A DNA stretch of 63,911 bases, the filler included, from Stramenopiles sp. TOSAG23-6 (lineage: Eukaryota), in the NCBI GenBank assembly GCA_900128565.1. It is 3 parts of 3 records of this genome, joined end to end, with 100 filler letters (N's around TTAATTAATTAA, not from the genome) between each part and the next. Parts side by side here need not be neighbours in the genome. Positions count along the whole stretch, not along the records: positions 1 to 24,425 come from LT636004.1; 2 more parts are not named here. One strand, 5' to 3'. Numbering within the stretch: the stretch's first letter is position 1; every line of letters begins with the position of its first letter. A program made the position numbers and the translations under genes. This document shows, piece after piece, positions 1-10,300 of this stretch. Under the pieces are notes generated by a model. That model made no database searches. It saw only the letters and a list, made by a program, of their open reading frames with translations, and was not told where the DNA came from.

Positions 1-57
1 TCATACGAAATTTTGTACCTAACGAATTTTTTTTTGAAATATTTTTCCAAAATACTT
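1..57 (+). other. 3' part of a non-canonical intron (family member), cut by the window start
   Basis: TCATACGAAATTTTGTACCTAAC core, then GAAATATTTTTCCAAAATACTT, matching the family 3' motif. The exact 3' end is inferred from the family consensus. Confidence 0.7.
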
Positions 58-1004
58 GGAGTTAATGCGAATAAAAAATTAATGCTAAAAACAGAAATGG
101 AACGAAAAAAATATGATGGTGCGAAACTGAGACTCATTCAAAAGTCAATTAAAGATTCTTCTAAAATTTCTTCATCTTTACAAAAATATCAAGAAAAGTT
201 TGAAAATATGTATGATGAAATTTCTCAATGCCAAAAACCTGGGATTATCAAATCTCGACATAGGAATTGGTATGGAACAAACCCATTGAAAGTTGGTACT
301 AAAGTAATTGGATATAAAATGGGTCATACTCGACCTCAACGACTTGACTCAAATATTGGTGTAGTTACTAAAGTTGCATCTTCTGGTCGTTTTAAGGGGT
401 TTTATGAAGTTAAATGGTCTGATGGGAAAGTTGTAAAATGGATAAAAAGGGGTGATATTAGAATTTGTCCATCAAATTTGATTAAAGATAAAATAAATGA
501 TGATGAAGATAAAGAAGAAAACACAAAAGTTTCAATAAAAGAAAAAGTGCAAACAAACAAACTAATGTCATCAGAATCATCAGATACAATTAGAAGAAAA
601 CGAACTAAAACTGGTGAAATGAAGATCTCTGAATTTCCCAGGTATAGAGATATGACAAAGTGGTTAGATGATGTTCGTTTTTATCATCAAATCTTGAATT
701 ATTTTTTTTTGTACGAAAATTCCATACTAAACATTTTTTTTTTCGAAACATATTTTTCACAATGAATCCTTGGACGGTTAGAAGTCCATCTAGTTATAGG
801 CAACAAATGAATAGACTATCTACAGGTTTAAAATTGCTTGAGATTGAACTCTCTCAGGCCAAACATCGAAGGAGAACACACAAATATACTCAATTGCAAA
901 ATATGGCTATGAAGCATCAATATTTACCAACACATCAAAAGAATATTTTTACACCTTTTGGTAAACACGGCGAAGGAGAACTCACTCATTCTGGAATTTG
1001 GTAA
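58..1004 (+). CDS. 5'-partial gene of unknown function with an SH3/Tudor-like beta-barrel segment; exons 58-672 and 768-1004
   Basis: ORFs 13..765 and 762..1004 join in frame (KWLDD|PWTVRS) after removing 673-767. LKVGTKV...GVVTKV...YEVKWSDG resembles a Tudor/KOW barrel. Bases 1-57 are the tail of an intron. Confidence 0.6.
673..767 (+). other. non-canonical intron GT...AT (95 nt)
   Basis: GAT|GTTCGTTTT...GTACGAAA...CATATTTTTCACAATGAAT|CCT; removal restores the reading frame. Confidence 0.7.
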
Positions 1005-1112
1005 TCCAATGGATAATAAACTAATTTTATTATACTGTTTTAAAAATTTCATACTCATCAGAAAATAATTTTTTTTTTTTTAGATTTCATAACTTTCAAA
1101 AAAAAACGACAC

Positions 1113-2138
1113 TCAATCTAATTTTAAAGGACAATCGGTTTGCTTCCGTTTGATTCTTGACCATGGCCCAATTTCTGGATCAGTAATGTATTGCCATATC
1201 ACTGCACACCAAGAATCGTGGTATGGCAAGGTATCATAAAATTCAGGTGCCATCGCACGCAACGTTGGCAACCGAGATCCAGGGATGAAAGGAAAGTCAT
1301 GATGCTCGTTATGATAACCAACATTAAATGAAAATACATTGAGAGGTCCATAATATGAGTACGTCTCTTGGCCCTTTATGAAAGTGTAATGCTCGGCAAC
1401 AAAATGCCCAGCCATAGGGTGAATTCCCATGCCTAATAGAGTACCTGCAACTAGATATACAACGCCTTTACTACCAGCTAAATAATAAATACTACAATTA
1501 AATGCAATCTGCATAGTCCAATTAATAGCTTCCCACTTCTGCGGCGCTTTTGGTAGGCATACCAATGGTCTTAATGCATAGAAAGCAGGCTGTAGTAACA
1601 TCCATAAAACTTTCTTCAGAGGTCCAACAAAAAAAGACACTTCCCAGTCTGTTGGAACATCAGCGTCAATGACATCAAGACCTTGATGGCGATGATGGTC
1701 TGCATGATAACGCTTGAAAGATGCTGATGCGGGTATACCAAGAGGCAAATTTGCAACCATCCCAAACAACTTGTTGTACACCATCTTCCGGAAAGCAAGA
1801 CCGTGACTTATCTCGTGCATAGCAAGAGTCATGGCGTGGTTTATAGTTCCACCAATGCAATATGCGCACAAAAACAAAGAAAGCCAAGACATATCCTTCA
1901 CCAACCAACACATGATTACCTGAAGTGCCACCGCAAAAAGAACTTTCCACTTGGTATTAGTATCATGCCCAAACAACTTCTTTACTTGAGGATATTTAGC
2001 CATAATGGCTTTACGGCGAGAGGCATGTGGTTCATCAGTGTAACTCCACTCAAAGTCACGATTTTTCTTAGAAACTTTTCCAGAAACTTTAGGCTCGATA
2101 TCAGGTATACTTATCTGATTGATTGCTTTAGGTGGCAT
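1113..2138 (-). CDS. DEGS1: sphingolipid delta(4)-desaturase (DES1/DEGS family)
   Basis: N-terminal DFEWSYTDEPHASRRKAI; His boxes HEISH, HADHH and HNEHH; QETYSYYGPLN. Confidence 0.97.
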   Translation of the reverse strand: MPPKAINQISIPDIEPKVSGKVSKKNRDFEWSYTDEPHASRRKAIMAKYPQVKKLFGHDTNTKWKVLFAVALQVIMCWLVKDMSWLSLFLCAYCIGGTINHAMTLAMHEISHGLAFRKMVYNKLFGMVANLPLGIPASASFKRYHADHHRHQGLDVIDADVPTDWEVSFFVGPLKKVLWMLLQPAFYALRPLVCLPKAPQKWEAINWTMQIAFNCSIYYLAGSKGVVYLVAGTLLGMGIHPMAGHFVAEHYTFIKGQETYSYYGPLNVFSFNVGYHNEHHDFPFIPGSRLPTLRAMAPEFYDTLPYHDSWCAVIWQYITDPEIGPWSRIKRKQTDCPLKLD

Positions 2139-2319
2139 TCTAACTAGCTATGGAACGATGTGCTTTTAGATGTGTTTCCAGATGTGTTTCGAATTCAACA
2201 CAAAAGAATACACAATTGCTGCTGATGTGGAGTTCAACGCTTTTTGTAAGGAAATAAAACAGACCGACTTGATGACGTCATATTAGTCTAAATGGACAGG
2301 TTTGTGCAAGAAAAAAATA

Positions 2320-2927
2320 ATTTTTTATCTGTATGATATATGTATATTTTTGTTATATGTATTTTTTTGATATAATACATATAGTATTTTTTTACATATA
2401 ATTTAAGTGTTTTTGTTATATGTATTTTTTTTTATATAATACATATAGTATTTTTTTACATATAATTTAAGTGGTTTTTTTTATCTGTATGATATATGTA
2501 TATTTTTGTTATATGTATTTTTTTTGATATAATACATATAGTATTTTTTTACATATAATTTAAGTGTTTTTTTTTATCTGTATGATATATGTATATTTTT
2601 GTTATATGTATTTTTTTTTATATAATACATATAGTATTTTTTTACATATAATTTAAGTGGTTTTTTTTATCTGTATGATATATGTATATTTTTGTTATAT
2701 GTATTTTTTTTGATATAATACATATAGTATTTTTTTACATATAATTTAAGTGTTTTTTTTTATCTGTATGATATATGTATATTTTTGTTATATGTATTTT
2801 TTTTTATATAATACATATAGTATTTTTTTACATATAATTTAAGTGGTTTTTTTTATCTGTATGATATATGTATATTTTTGTTATATGTATTTTTTTTGAT
2901 ATAATACATATAGTATTTTTTTACATA
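2320..2927. repeat. AT-rich tandem repeat, ~92-93 bp unit, ~6.5 copies, alternating variants
   Basis: TATCTGTATGATATATGTATATTTTTGTTATATGTA...ATACATATAGTA...CATATAATTTAAGTG recurs at ~2326, 2483, 2575, 2668, 2761 and 2853, plus one truncated unit near 2410. Confidence 0.95.
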
Positions 2928-3000
2928 ATTTTTGTAAGATTTATTGAGTTTCCGGTCGTTATATGTTTTAGTTCATAATATAATTGTTGAATAATATAAA

Positions 3001-3915
3001 ATGCCAGTATCTTTGTCTGATTTATTTGAACATGTTGGTCCATACGGGAATGACTCAAGTTGTGACATTCTATCGTTTGCTTCAAATCGTTTTTATGTAT
3101 ACCATAAATCAAATGATGGTACAACAATGCAATTTCCGAATGGATATGTACCTTCGTTATTGGCAGAGTTGGCAGTGCGTGGAGTTCTAAGAGAATGTGT
3201 TCGTACCTTTTTCTTTGAAGATACTGTTGATGATGCGGTACGTGTGCAACTTCAAGATGCAGGTTTTAATGTCCTCGATGCAGTTAACAGTGGTTCTTCA
3301 AATTCGGTTTGGACTTGTGGTGTGCCTTACAAAGAGAAGCTTTCAATACCACCATGTTTAACCGCTGTGAGGCGTCGATTACAATCTGAAGGATTGATAC
3401 TATCAATTCCCTTTATTCAGGATCATTTTGAAAATGTGTATATTTTTATTACTTCTCCTGGTATATCATTTAAAGGAACTGAGCTTGAATTGTTAATCAA
3501 CTGTCCCGATGGTGGTACGTTACTACCTCGTATATTTTGTGCGTCTGCGTCTCATAAACGTTTATGGAAAAAGTTACCTATGGCAATGCTAATGAAGAAC
3601 GATGGAGTGTTATTCGGAACTGATGTTTCAGACATTGATACGCGATCGTATGGTATAGCATGGCAGAGAAGTATTATGCGATATCGAGTTAAATCACCCG
3701 ATATAAATGGTGACAAATGGATGTTTTTCATTGAGAAAGGTTATCCGCCTGCTTATGTAAAATGGTTGATTAAAAAGGGATTGACATTTTATACGCGAGA
3801 AATGAGTTCACGTTTATCAGACAAGTATGATAATGAAGTTCGTGGGATAGGTGACGCATCATCTTCCAAGAACTCCACATTGGTGTCACCAGTGACAATC
3901 CCGCGCCGGTGGTAG
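3001..3915 (+). CDS. hypothetical protein, 304 aa
   Basis: ATG-initiated intronless ORF with globular composition; no family recognised. Confidence 0.65.
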   Translation: MPVSLSDLFEHVGPYGNDSSCDILSFASNRFYVYHKSNDGTTMQFPNGYVPSLLAELAVRGVLRECVRTFFFEDTVDDAVRVQLQDAGFNVLDAVNSGSSNSVWTCGVPYKEKLSIPPCLTAVRRRLQSEGLILSIPFIQDHFENVYIFITSPGISFKGTELELLINCPDGGTLLPRIFCASASHKRLWKKLPMAMLMKNDGVLFGTDVSDIDTRSYGIAWQRSIMRYRVKSPDINGDKWMFFIEKGYPPAYVKWLIKKGLTFYTREMSSRLSDKYDNEVRGIGDASSSKNSTLVSPVTIPRRW

Positions 3916-4118
3916 AAACTCATGGAAGCAAGAAAGAATTAGTTATTTCTGGTTTGTTGTTCATCTCCAGAAATATTCACATTGAAATGGTTATTTATAA
4001 TATTTTATTATTTTCAATAAAATAACACTATACCTTGACACTATATCAATCTCATATTGTAATCGTTTTCACACATTGGGTAAGGATTCTGGAATTATAC
4101 TTTATTCAAATGTAAAGA

Positions 4119-4850
4119 CTAATTTATATCTTCATAAACAACAAATCCTCCATTAGGAAAACCAATCCCAGTTGCAACTGGATTATCATTGGGTATACTA
4201 CTTACTTCACTCTTAAATTGACCTACAACATCAATCTCATCATCAATAATTAATGTGAAACTCAAAGACTCCTCATTAAATGTAATGCTGACTGTATGTT
4301 CCTCTCCATCATTGACTTTCTTTGACCCAAATATTTGCTCACCGCCACGAAATCGAAATCCAACCACACCACCATGCTCTACATCTATGAAAAGATCTCG
4401 ACTTTCCTTTTTGGTAAATCTACCAATTACAGTATTTTTGAATAAAAAATTATTCACATCATGTATACCTGAGTCCAATATTTCATACAGAATATGCTGC
4501 TCGCGTGCGTTACTATTCGTGAGAAATTTAACTGGCCCTACATTTTGCCAATCAACTCTGTTTGCTAATATTACATTATCATTTCGTATTTGACGAACTT
4601 CGAGTTCACTTTCGTAATCTATTTCATTAAAAGTCAAGTAGAATGAAAATCCTGCGACGAAAAGGCTAACTATAATAAAACAAACGCCTGTTAAACACAT
4701 AGATGAGGCATAGCTTGACTGTCGTTTCTTTTTTTTATGTTTTTTGGTTTTTTTGGAAGAATTCTTTGGTGTAACTTTTTGAGAAGGAAGACTTGTTTCA
4801 TTCAATTCTGGAGAAGCCAACGATACTGAAGATGTTTCAGGTTTAGCCAT
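4119..4850 (-). CDS. type II membrane protein with a laminin-G/concanavalin-like extracellular domain
   Basis: Basic N-terminus, one TM segment (GVCFIIVSLFVAGFSFYLTF), and LamG-like KKVNDGEEHTVSIT...LIIDD. The first ATG is taken at MAKPET. Confidence 0.6.
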   Translation of the reverse strand: MAKPETSSVSLASPELNETSLPSQKVTPKNSSKKTKKHKKKKRQSSYASSMCLTGVCFIIVSLFVAGFSFYLTFNEIDYESELEVRQIRNDNVILANRVDWQNVGPVKFLTNSNAREQHILYEILDSGIHDVNNFLFKNTVIGRFTKKESRDLFIDVEHGGVVGFRFRGGEQIFGSKKVNDGEEHTVSITFNEESLSFTLIIDDEIDVVGQFKSEVSSIPNDNPVATGIGFPNGGFVVYEDIN

Positions 4851-5040
4851 TATACAGTTGATACGTTTTGAATCCAAGCTGTGGTATTGTATATGGAGGG
4901 CTTTTCACGTATTGTTGAGTCAGAGTTATGTGGGGGACGGTACGTTTTATAAATGAACACAGATATGAATATCGCCGAGATCGCCGAAACGACAATAACT
5001 AGTTACCCGGTACACCATTATTTTGTGATTTCTTCATTTA

Positions 5041-6245
5041 TTAATCTCGAAAATAGAAGTAAGTAATAAGACCACTACACAGAGCAACAAGAAAAGGCTC
5101 AAATGCATTTGATATAATTCTTTTGTACATATTTGATTTTTTTTCACAAATATTTATAACGATTGTTTCTTTTCCATTATCTAAATCATTTAATATTTCA
5201 TTTTCATGTTTTCCATTATCTAAATCATTTAATATTTCATTTGCATGTTTTCCATTATCTACTTGATTCTTTATGTTTGTTTTAGTTGATGTAGACGCAA
5301 ACATTCTCTTTGCACTCATTTTACTTCTACGATTATATAGGGCAATGCATTTTTGTAAGGAAGATTTTTCTTGTATGAGAGTAGAACAATTATTTTTTAT
5401 CTTTAGTGCTTTAGTAATATCATCCGTTGCGCCACTGAAATCAAATAATAAACGTCTCGCTTTGGCTCTTCGATATAAAGCTTTGACATTTGTAGGATCT
5501 TTTTGTAAGACCAAGGAACATGTATGGTAAAAAAATGTGTTACATTAAAAAAAAATATGTTACATTCGAAATTAGTCAAAAAAAATCTTTAGGTACAAAA
5601 TTTCGTATGAAAAAAAAAATGAAATTCATGATATGAAAACGTACACGCAGAACATGCTTCGGAATACTGTTGTGTTCTAATTTTACAACAAGCTAAGTTC
5701 AGCTGAGATTGTTGTAATATTTTTTCTACTTCTTGCTCTTCAGTAAGAGTGTCAGGAAAACAATAATCAAAGTATACCGAAACTCGACGATACTCAGCCG
5801 CCGCACGGTACCACTGGCCTTCTTTATAATAATCATTTCCAAGTTGTTTAAAACTCTTGCACTTTGAAATTTGCTCTTTTGTACTCAAGTCATAAATTGC
5901 ACGTTCTGCAGATTTATCATGATTACAACCAGACAAACCTTCGCGCTTTTTTTGAGTCTTCAATAACTTTTCAGAACGCTCATTTAAAATACGATTTTTT
6001 TCCGCAACGTCCTGCTCTGCACCCCAAATATCCCATCTATCATATTCGTCGCTGATACTCGTATCAATTCTTCCTTCCAATTCTGTGCGTCGTTTTTCAA
6101 GTGCACTTTTACGACGCCTCAAAAGATCTGTATCACGTTTTGTAGATTCCAAATTCTCTGAGACACTTTCCACCTGAAATTGGGCTGCTTTGGTAAATAG
6201 GTTTTCCATTTCAGGATATTTACGTTTCTCGTTAGATCTTGGCAT
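5041..6245 (-). CDS. TPR co-chaperone-like protein (FKBP-type TPR triplet) with a C-terminal membrane anchor; exons 6245-5645 and 5519-5041
   Basis: KQLGNDYYKEGQWYRAAAEY, LNLACCKIRTQQYSEACSA|CSLVLQKDPTNVKALYRRAKA; hydrophobic tail. Confidence 0.85.
5520..5644 (-). other. non-canonical intron GT...AT (125 nt)
   Basis: GCGT|GTACGTTTTCAT...TCATACGAAATTTTGTACCTAA...TTTTACCATACAT|GTTCC; removal restores an intact TPR motif. Confidence 0.85.
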
Positions 6246-6495
6246 TACCTGGATTAATTGGTTTTCGTTTCTCAACGTAGCATGCCCATCTATGAACTAT
6301 TAATGATCTGATCTGAACTGAAGACAGAGTACTGGAAAAATATAGTTTATTGAAAGAAAACATCACGTAATAATAAATATAATAATCTGACCGCTGCATC
6401 GATCAAAGACCGCGCGCGACGTGGCCAAATTTGCGTGATTTGAAAAGTCCGTAAAAGTCGTCTTAAGTATATAAGGGATCACTCATTAATAGAAA

Positions 6496-7299
6496 ATGAA
6501 AGCATTTCCACTAACACATGTGGTATATGAGGAGAATGATATTCTGGGTTTTCTTGCAGCCCTTCTCTCTTTAACTCCCGTTTTTGCAGTCGTAGCTTAC
6601 GTGTCTATTATCCTTGCAAGACGTGAAATTTCGGTTTTTATCTTGTTTTGTGGCCAAGTTTTTTTCAACTTACCTTTGAACATAATACTAAAGAAAATTA
6701 TTGCACAGCCCCGTCCTTTGGGTAGTCCTGGATTACATAGTTCATATGGTATGCCTTCGGATCATACACAGTTTAGCTTTTTTCTCAGCTGTTATGCTAT
6801 ACTCTGGATCAATAACAGCAGTTTCGGAAAATTTCTCATACGTCAAAACAAATATTTTCGAATAATTTTCAGTTGCACACTGTTTCTATGGGCATCCTCT
6901 GTTGGGTGGTCAAGAGTTTATTTGAGTTATCACTCCAACCAGCAAGTTGTTGCTGGTGCAGTTGTTGGCATTATAAGTGGTATATTTTGGCGAATATTTG
7001 TTTTATCTTGGATAGAACCGAATGTCAGTCATATTTTTCTACCATATCTCGAATCGATTACAAATGGAATATTTTGCTTCAGAGATAGTACACATGTTCC
7101 TAGTGTCTGCTATCTTGAAGCAATGATGACATCGGCTTTCCTTCAAGGACGTGACGCAATTTTAAATAGGGGCAAAGAAAAACGAAATTATGTAGGGACG
7201 ACTTCAAGTGAATTTTTGTACTTATTTGAAGAGAATGAATATGAAGTTGAACTCAAAATATCTTTTCAGAAATCGAATTCAAAATACAAGAAAAGTTGA
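6496..7299 (+). CDS. DOLPP1: dolichyl pyrophosphate phosphatase (PAP2 family)
   Basis: LTHVVYE N-terminus; PAP2 motifs KKIIAQPRP, GMPSDH and SRVYLSYHSNQQV. Confidence 0.92.
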   Translation: MKAFPLTHVVYEENDILGFLAALLSLTPVFAVVAYVSIILARREISVFILFCGQVFFNLPLNIILKKIIAQPRPLGSPGLHSSYGMPSDHTQFSFFLSCYAILWINNSSFGKFLIRQNKYFRIIFSCTLFLWASSVGWSRVYLSYHSNQQVVAGAVVGIISGIFWRIFVLSWIEPNVSHIFLPYLESITNGIFCFRDSTHVPSVCYLEAMMTSAFLQGRDAILNRGKEKRNYVGTTSSEFLYLFEENEYEVELKISFQKSNSKYKKS

Positions 7300-7360
7300 T
7301 ACCCAATACGTTGTCCAAAACAAATGCATATAAAATATCAAACTACTTTTATTACTTCGA

Positions 7361-10300
7361 TTAGTGAATTAAACCTAAAAGATTTTCAGACAGTTTTTTT
7401 GTATCCGGCGAACAGTCAGACGTTCTAATATTTCGTAATAATGCAATAATTTGTCCCAAAGCCCCTGAACGTGATTCTTTTAACAGGTTTTGAAGTTCCA
7501 CTGTTGTCAACAATATACCAAGAAGTTTTAATCCTTCCAGACGAATATTTTCAAAAGAATCTTCTATTGCAGAATATGCAATGGAAAATAATTCATTTGA
7601 ATAATGTTTCACTATTTTTTTCGAGTGATAGGCTATAGTAAATAGTAACCGAATAACCGCCTCTCTAATTAAAGGTGATGTCGTCACAGTATTCACTCTA
7701 CCAGGAGAATCGTCCTTAGTCGTAGGTATTTTTGTTTTGTATACTGTATGTATAATAGAATTAATACACAAGACACCAAATAAATGCATTTGGTGTTTCT
7801 TCAACATCTTCATGACAGTTAATAAAGAATTTACTAAGCAAATACGCACTCGTTCGGATACTTCATAACTTTTCAGTGATATTGTATATGTCTTGACACG
7901 TTTACTTATATCACTTGTACCATTTGTAAGGTACGAAACTATATCATTACATTCTTTACTAAATTGAATTATTGGAAGCTTTGTTTCTCCTTTTTCAATT
8001 AGTTCTAAGCAAATTGAAAGTATAGTAGCACCTATATGACCATTTGAAAACCTAGAATCGGGAGAGGGTATCTGCTTCACCTCTGAAATGAGAGGTCGAT
8101 TGTACATGTGTTGTTTCAATACATTTGCACTATCATTGGGTAGGCGAAGTTGAAATTTATGGGGTCTACTTTCCTCTGTATTATCATCATTGACAATATT
8201 TGTAACACCTTCACCAATATCGATAGAAATTCGTAATATGCACGCCATTGTATCAATACACCCCTGCTGCAATTTATATATATCATCTGGTATTTCTAAT
8301 GAAGTACAATGTAAAAATGAACTTTGAAGAATTTGTAAAACAACCTCAAAACCTCCCTTACAAATATCGCCATTACACTTTGTAACAACATCTCTTATAT
8401 TTTCATGCACGGAGGAATAAATCATGATCGATGTGCACAAACAATATAACATTGTTTTTGCAGAAATAACAATGCTGCTACATTTCCTCGGATTTTTCTC
8501 ACTGCGTACGAATTGCTGTAATTCATTAGATATTGTACGAAGTTTGGAAAATAGTATGGGATGTAATACTTTCGGTGGAAAACGTGCAAGAACTTCTGCA
8601 GATTGTCGGCGAACGGATTCAAACTCTTGTGATGCGGTAACACTTTGTATTAGAACTTGAATCAACCGCTGGGGAATACAGTTTTGTTTTTCAACTCGAG
8701 TTCGATCGCATAGATGAACAAATTCAAATACAGGAAATGATTTTAGTATGAGTACTTGGTTCAATCGACGGAATAAAATTTCTTGTGTATGTTCATTGTC
8801 CAAAGAATAATTAGAGGGTAACTCTTTTGAAGTATGCAAAGATTCAGTCATATCTTTAGAAGTGTGTAGTTCCGTTTCCATGGGAATGAGTACTAATGAC
8901 CAAATAGAATCAGTGTAATAATGTTCATCTAATATATCATTGGTGTTATGTTTTTCAAAATAGATCTTTTGTAATCGACATTGGATTCTTTCTCCTAAAA
9001 TTCTCAAAATTCGAATAATGGTGTGATCCCTAGGGAAAATCATTGCTTCATTTATAATGACAGTACCTACACACATCCATTGACTATGATTTATTACAGA
9101 TGCCCAACGAGATAATATTTTTATTAAACGATCACACAAAGAGATTTTTTCTTCGGTATCAACTTTTTTAGTTGTATTTTCTGAATTATTTACTATAACC
9201 CGTAAGTTTTCCTTTTTTACTGCAATATTTTTAACTATTTTTTCCTGCCTCTTTTCATTCATTAAACGAATCTTAAAACGCCCATTTTCCAATAAAGAAC
9301 TAATTATATAACCCCTACGTCCATTTAAATGTAAGGCTGATAAATTTTGAAGAAGAACCATATCACCCAATTTTAATTGTTGACTATCTATTTGAGAAGT
9401 ATTACGTATATACGACATCAAAATACACATAACATCTTTTGGATTTCTGAGATGTTGAAGTACTTGAAGAAGTGAAGAACTCGCTGCAGAACGTATTTTT
9501 GTCTGCTTATTTTCTATTCTTTGACATAGTTGAGGGATAATCCACGATGCATCAAATCTTCCAAGCAATTTTGCAGCTTCTGTTCTAATCTTTGCCTTTT
9601 CATCACCAAGACAAATGAGTAAATGTTCGCCTAAAATGAACAGTAAACAATTTTCATCCAGAATAGTGTTTCTAAGTTGAAGTGATGAAGTTGTAATGAG
9701 TTCATCCACTACAGCTAAAGCATTCCATCTCGTCAGTGATGAACTTTTCATCAAACGAGAAATTAATGCAGGTATAGATTTGAGGGGATCCTGAATTGCA
9801 AAATAACAAACCATTTTTATACCTGCTTCAGACATACTGTGTTTATTCCAAATGTCTTCCTCAATATTATCATTATCATCTAACAAGGTAAATAAAACCT
9901 CTAAAACTTCATCAAATTTTTCTTCTCCGCCGTTTAAAGAAAGCAGCGCAGTGATTGTCTCTTGTAACAAACTAGCAACTAATTTAGGTATAGGGCCACA
10001 AATTCGACTATTCATATGTTCCACAGCAGCTCGAATAATTGAGTGGGACAAATTTTGATCTGATAGGAGAGAAATGCGTTCTTTCAATTTTAATTTACCA
10101 GTATACAGTATAGCCAAACGTAATAAAGTACGAACTTGATCATATGTTATAATTTCTACATTCACCCAGTTATTTATGGAATCTCGAGCAATCGCCGTTT
10201 TACTATAGAGAAACCGCCCATGGCTGGATATAAGAGATGGGGCACAGGTAAGCCATTGTTTACATAACCATAATTCATAATCTAAAATACTTTCATCTTT

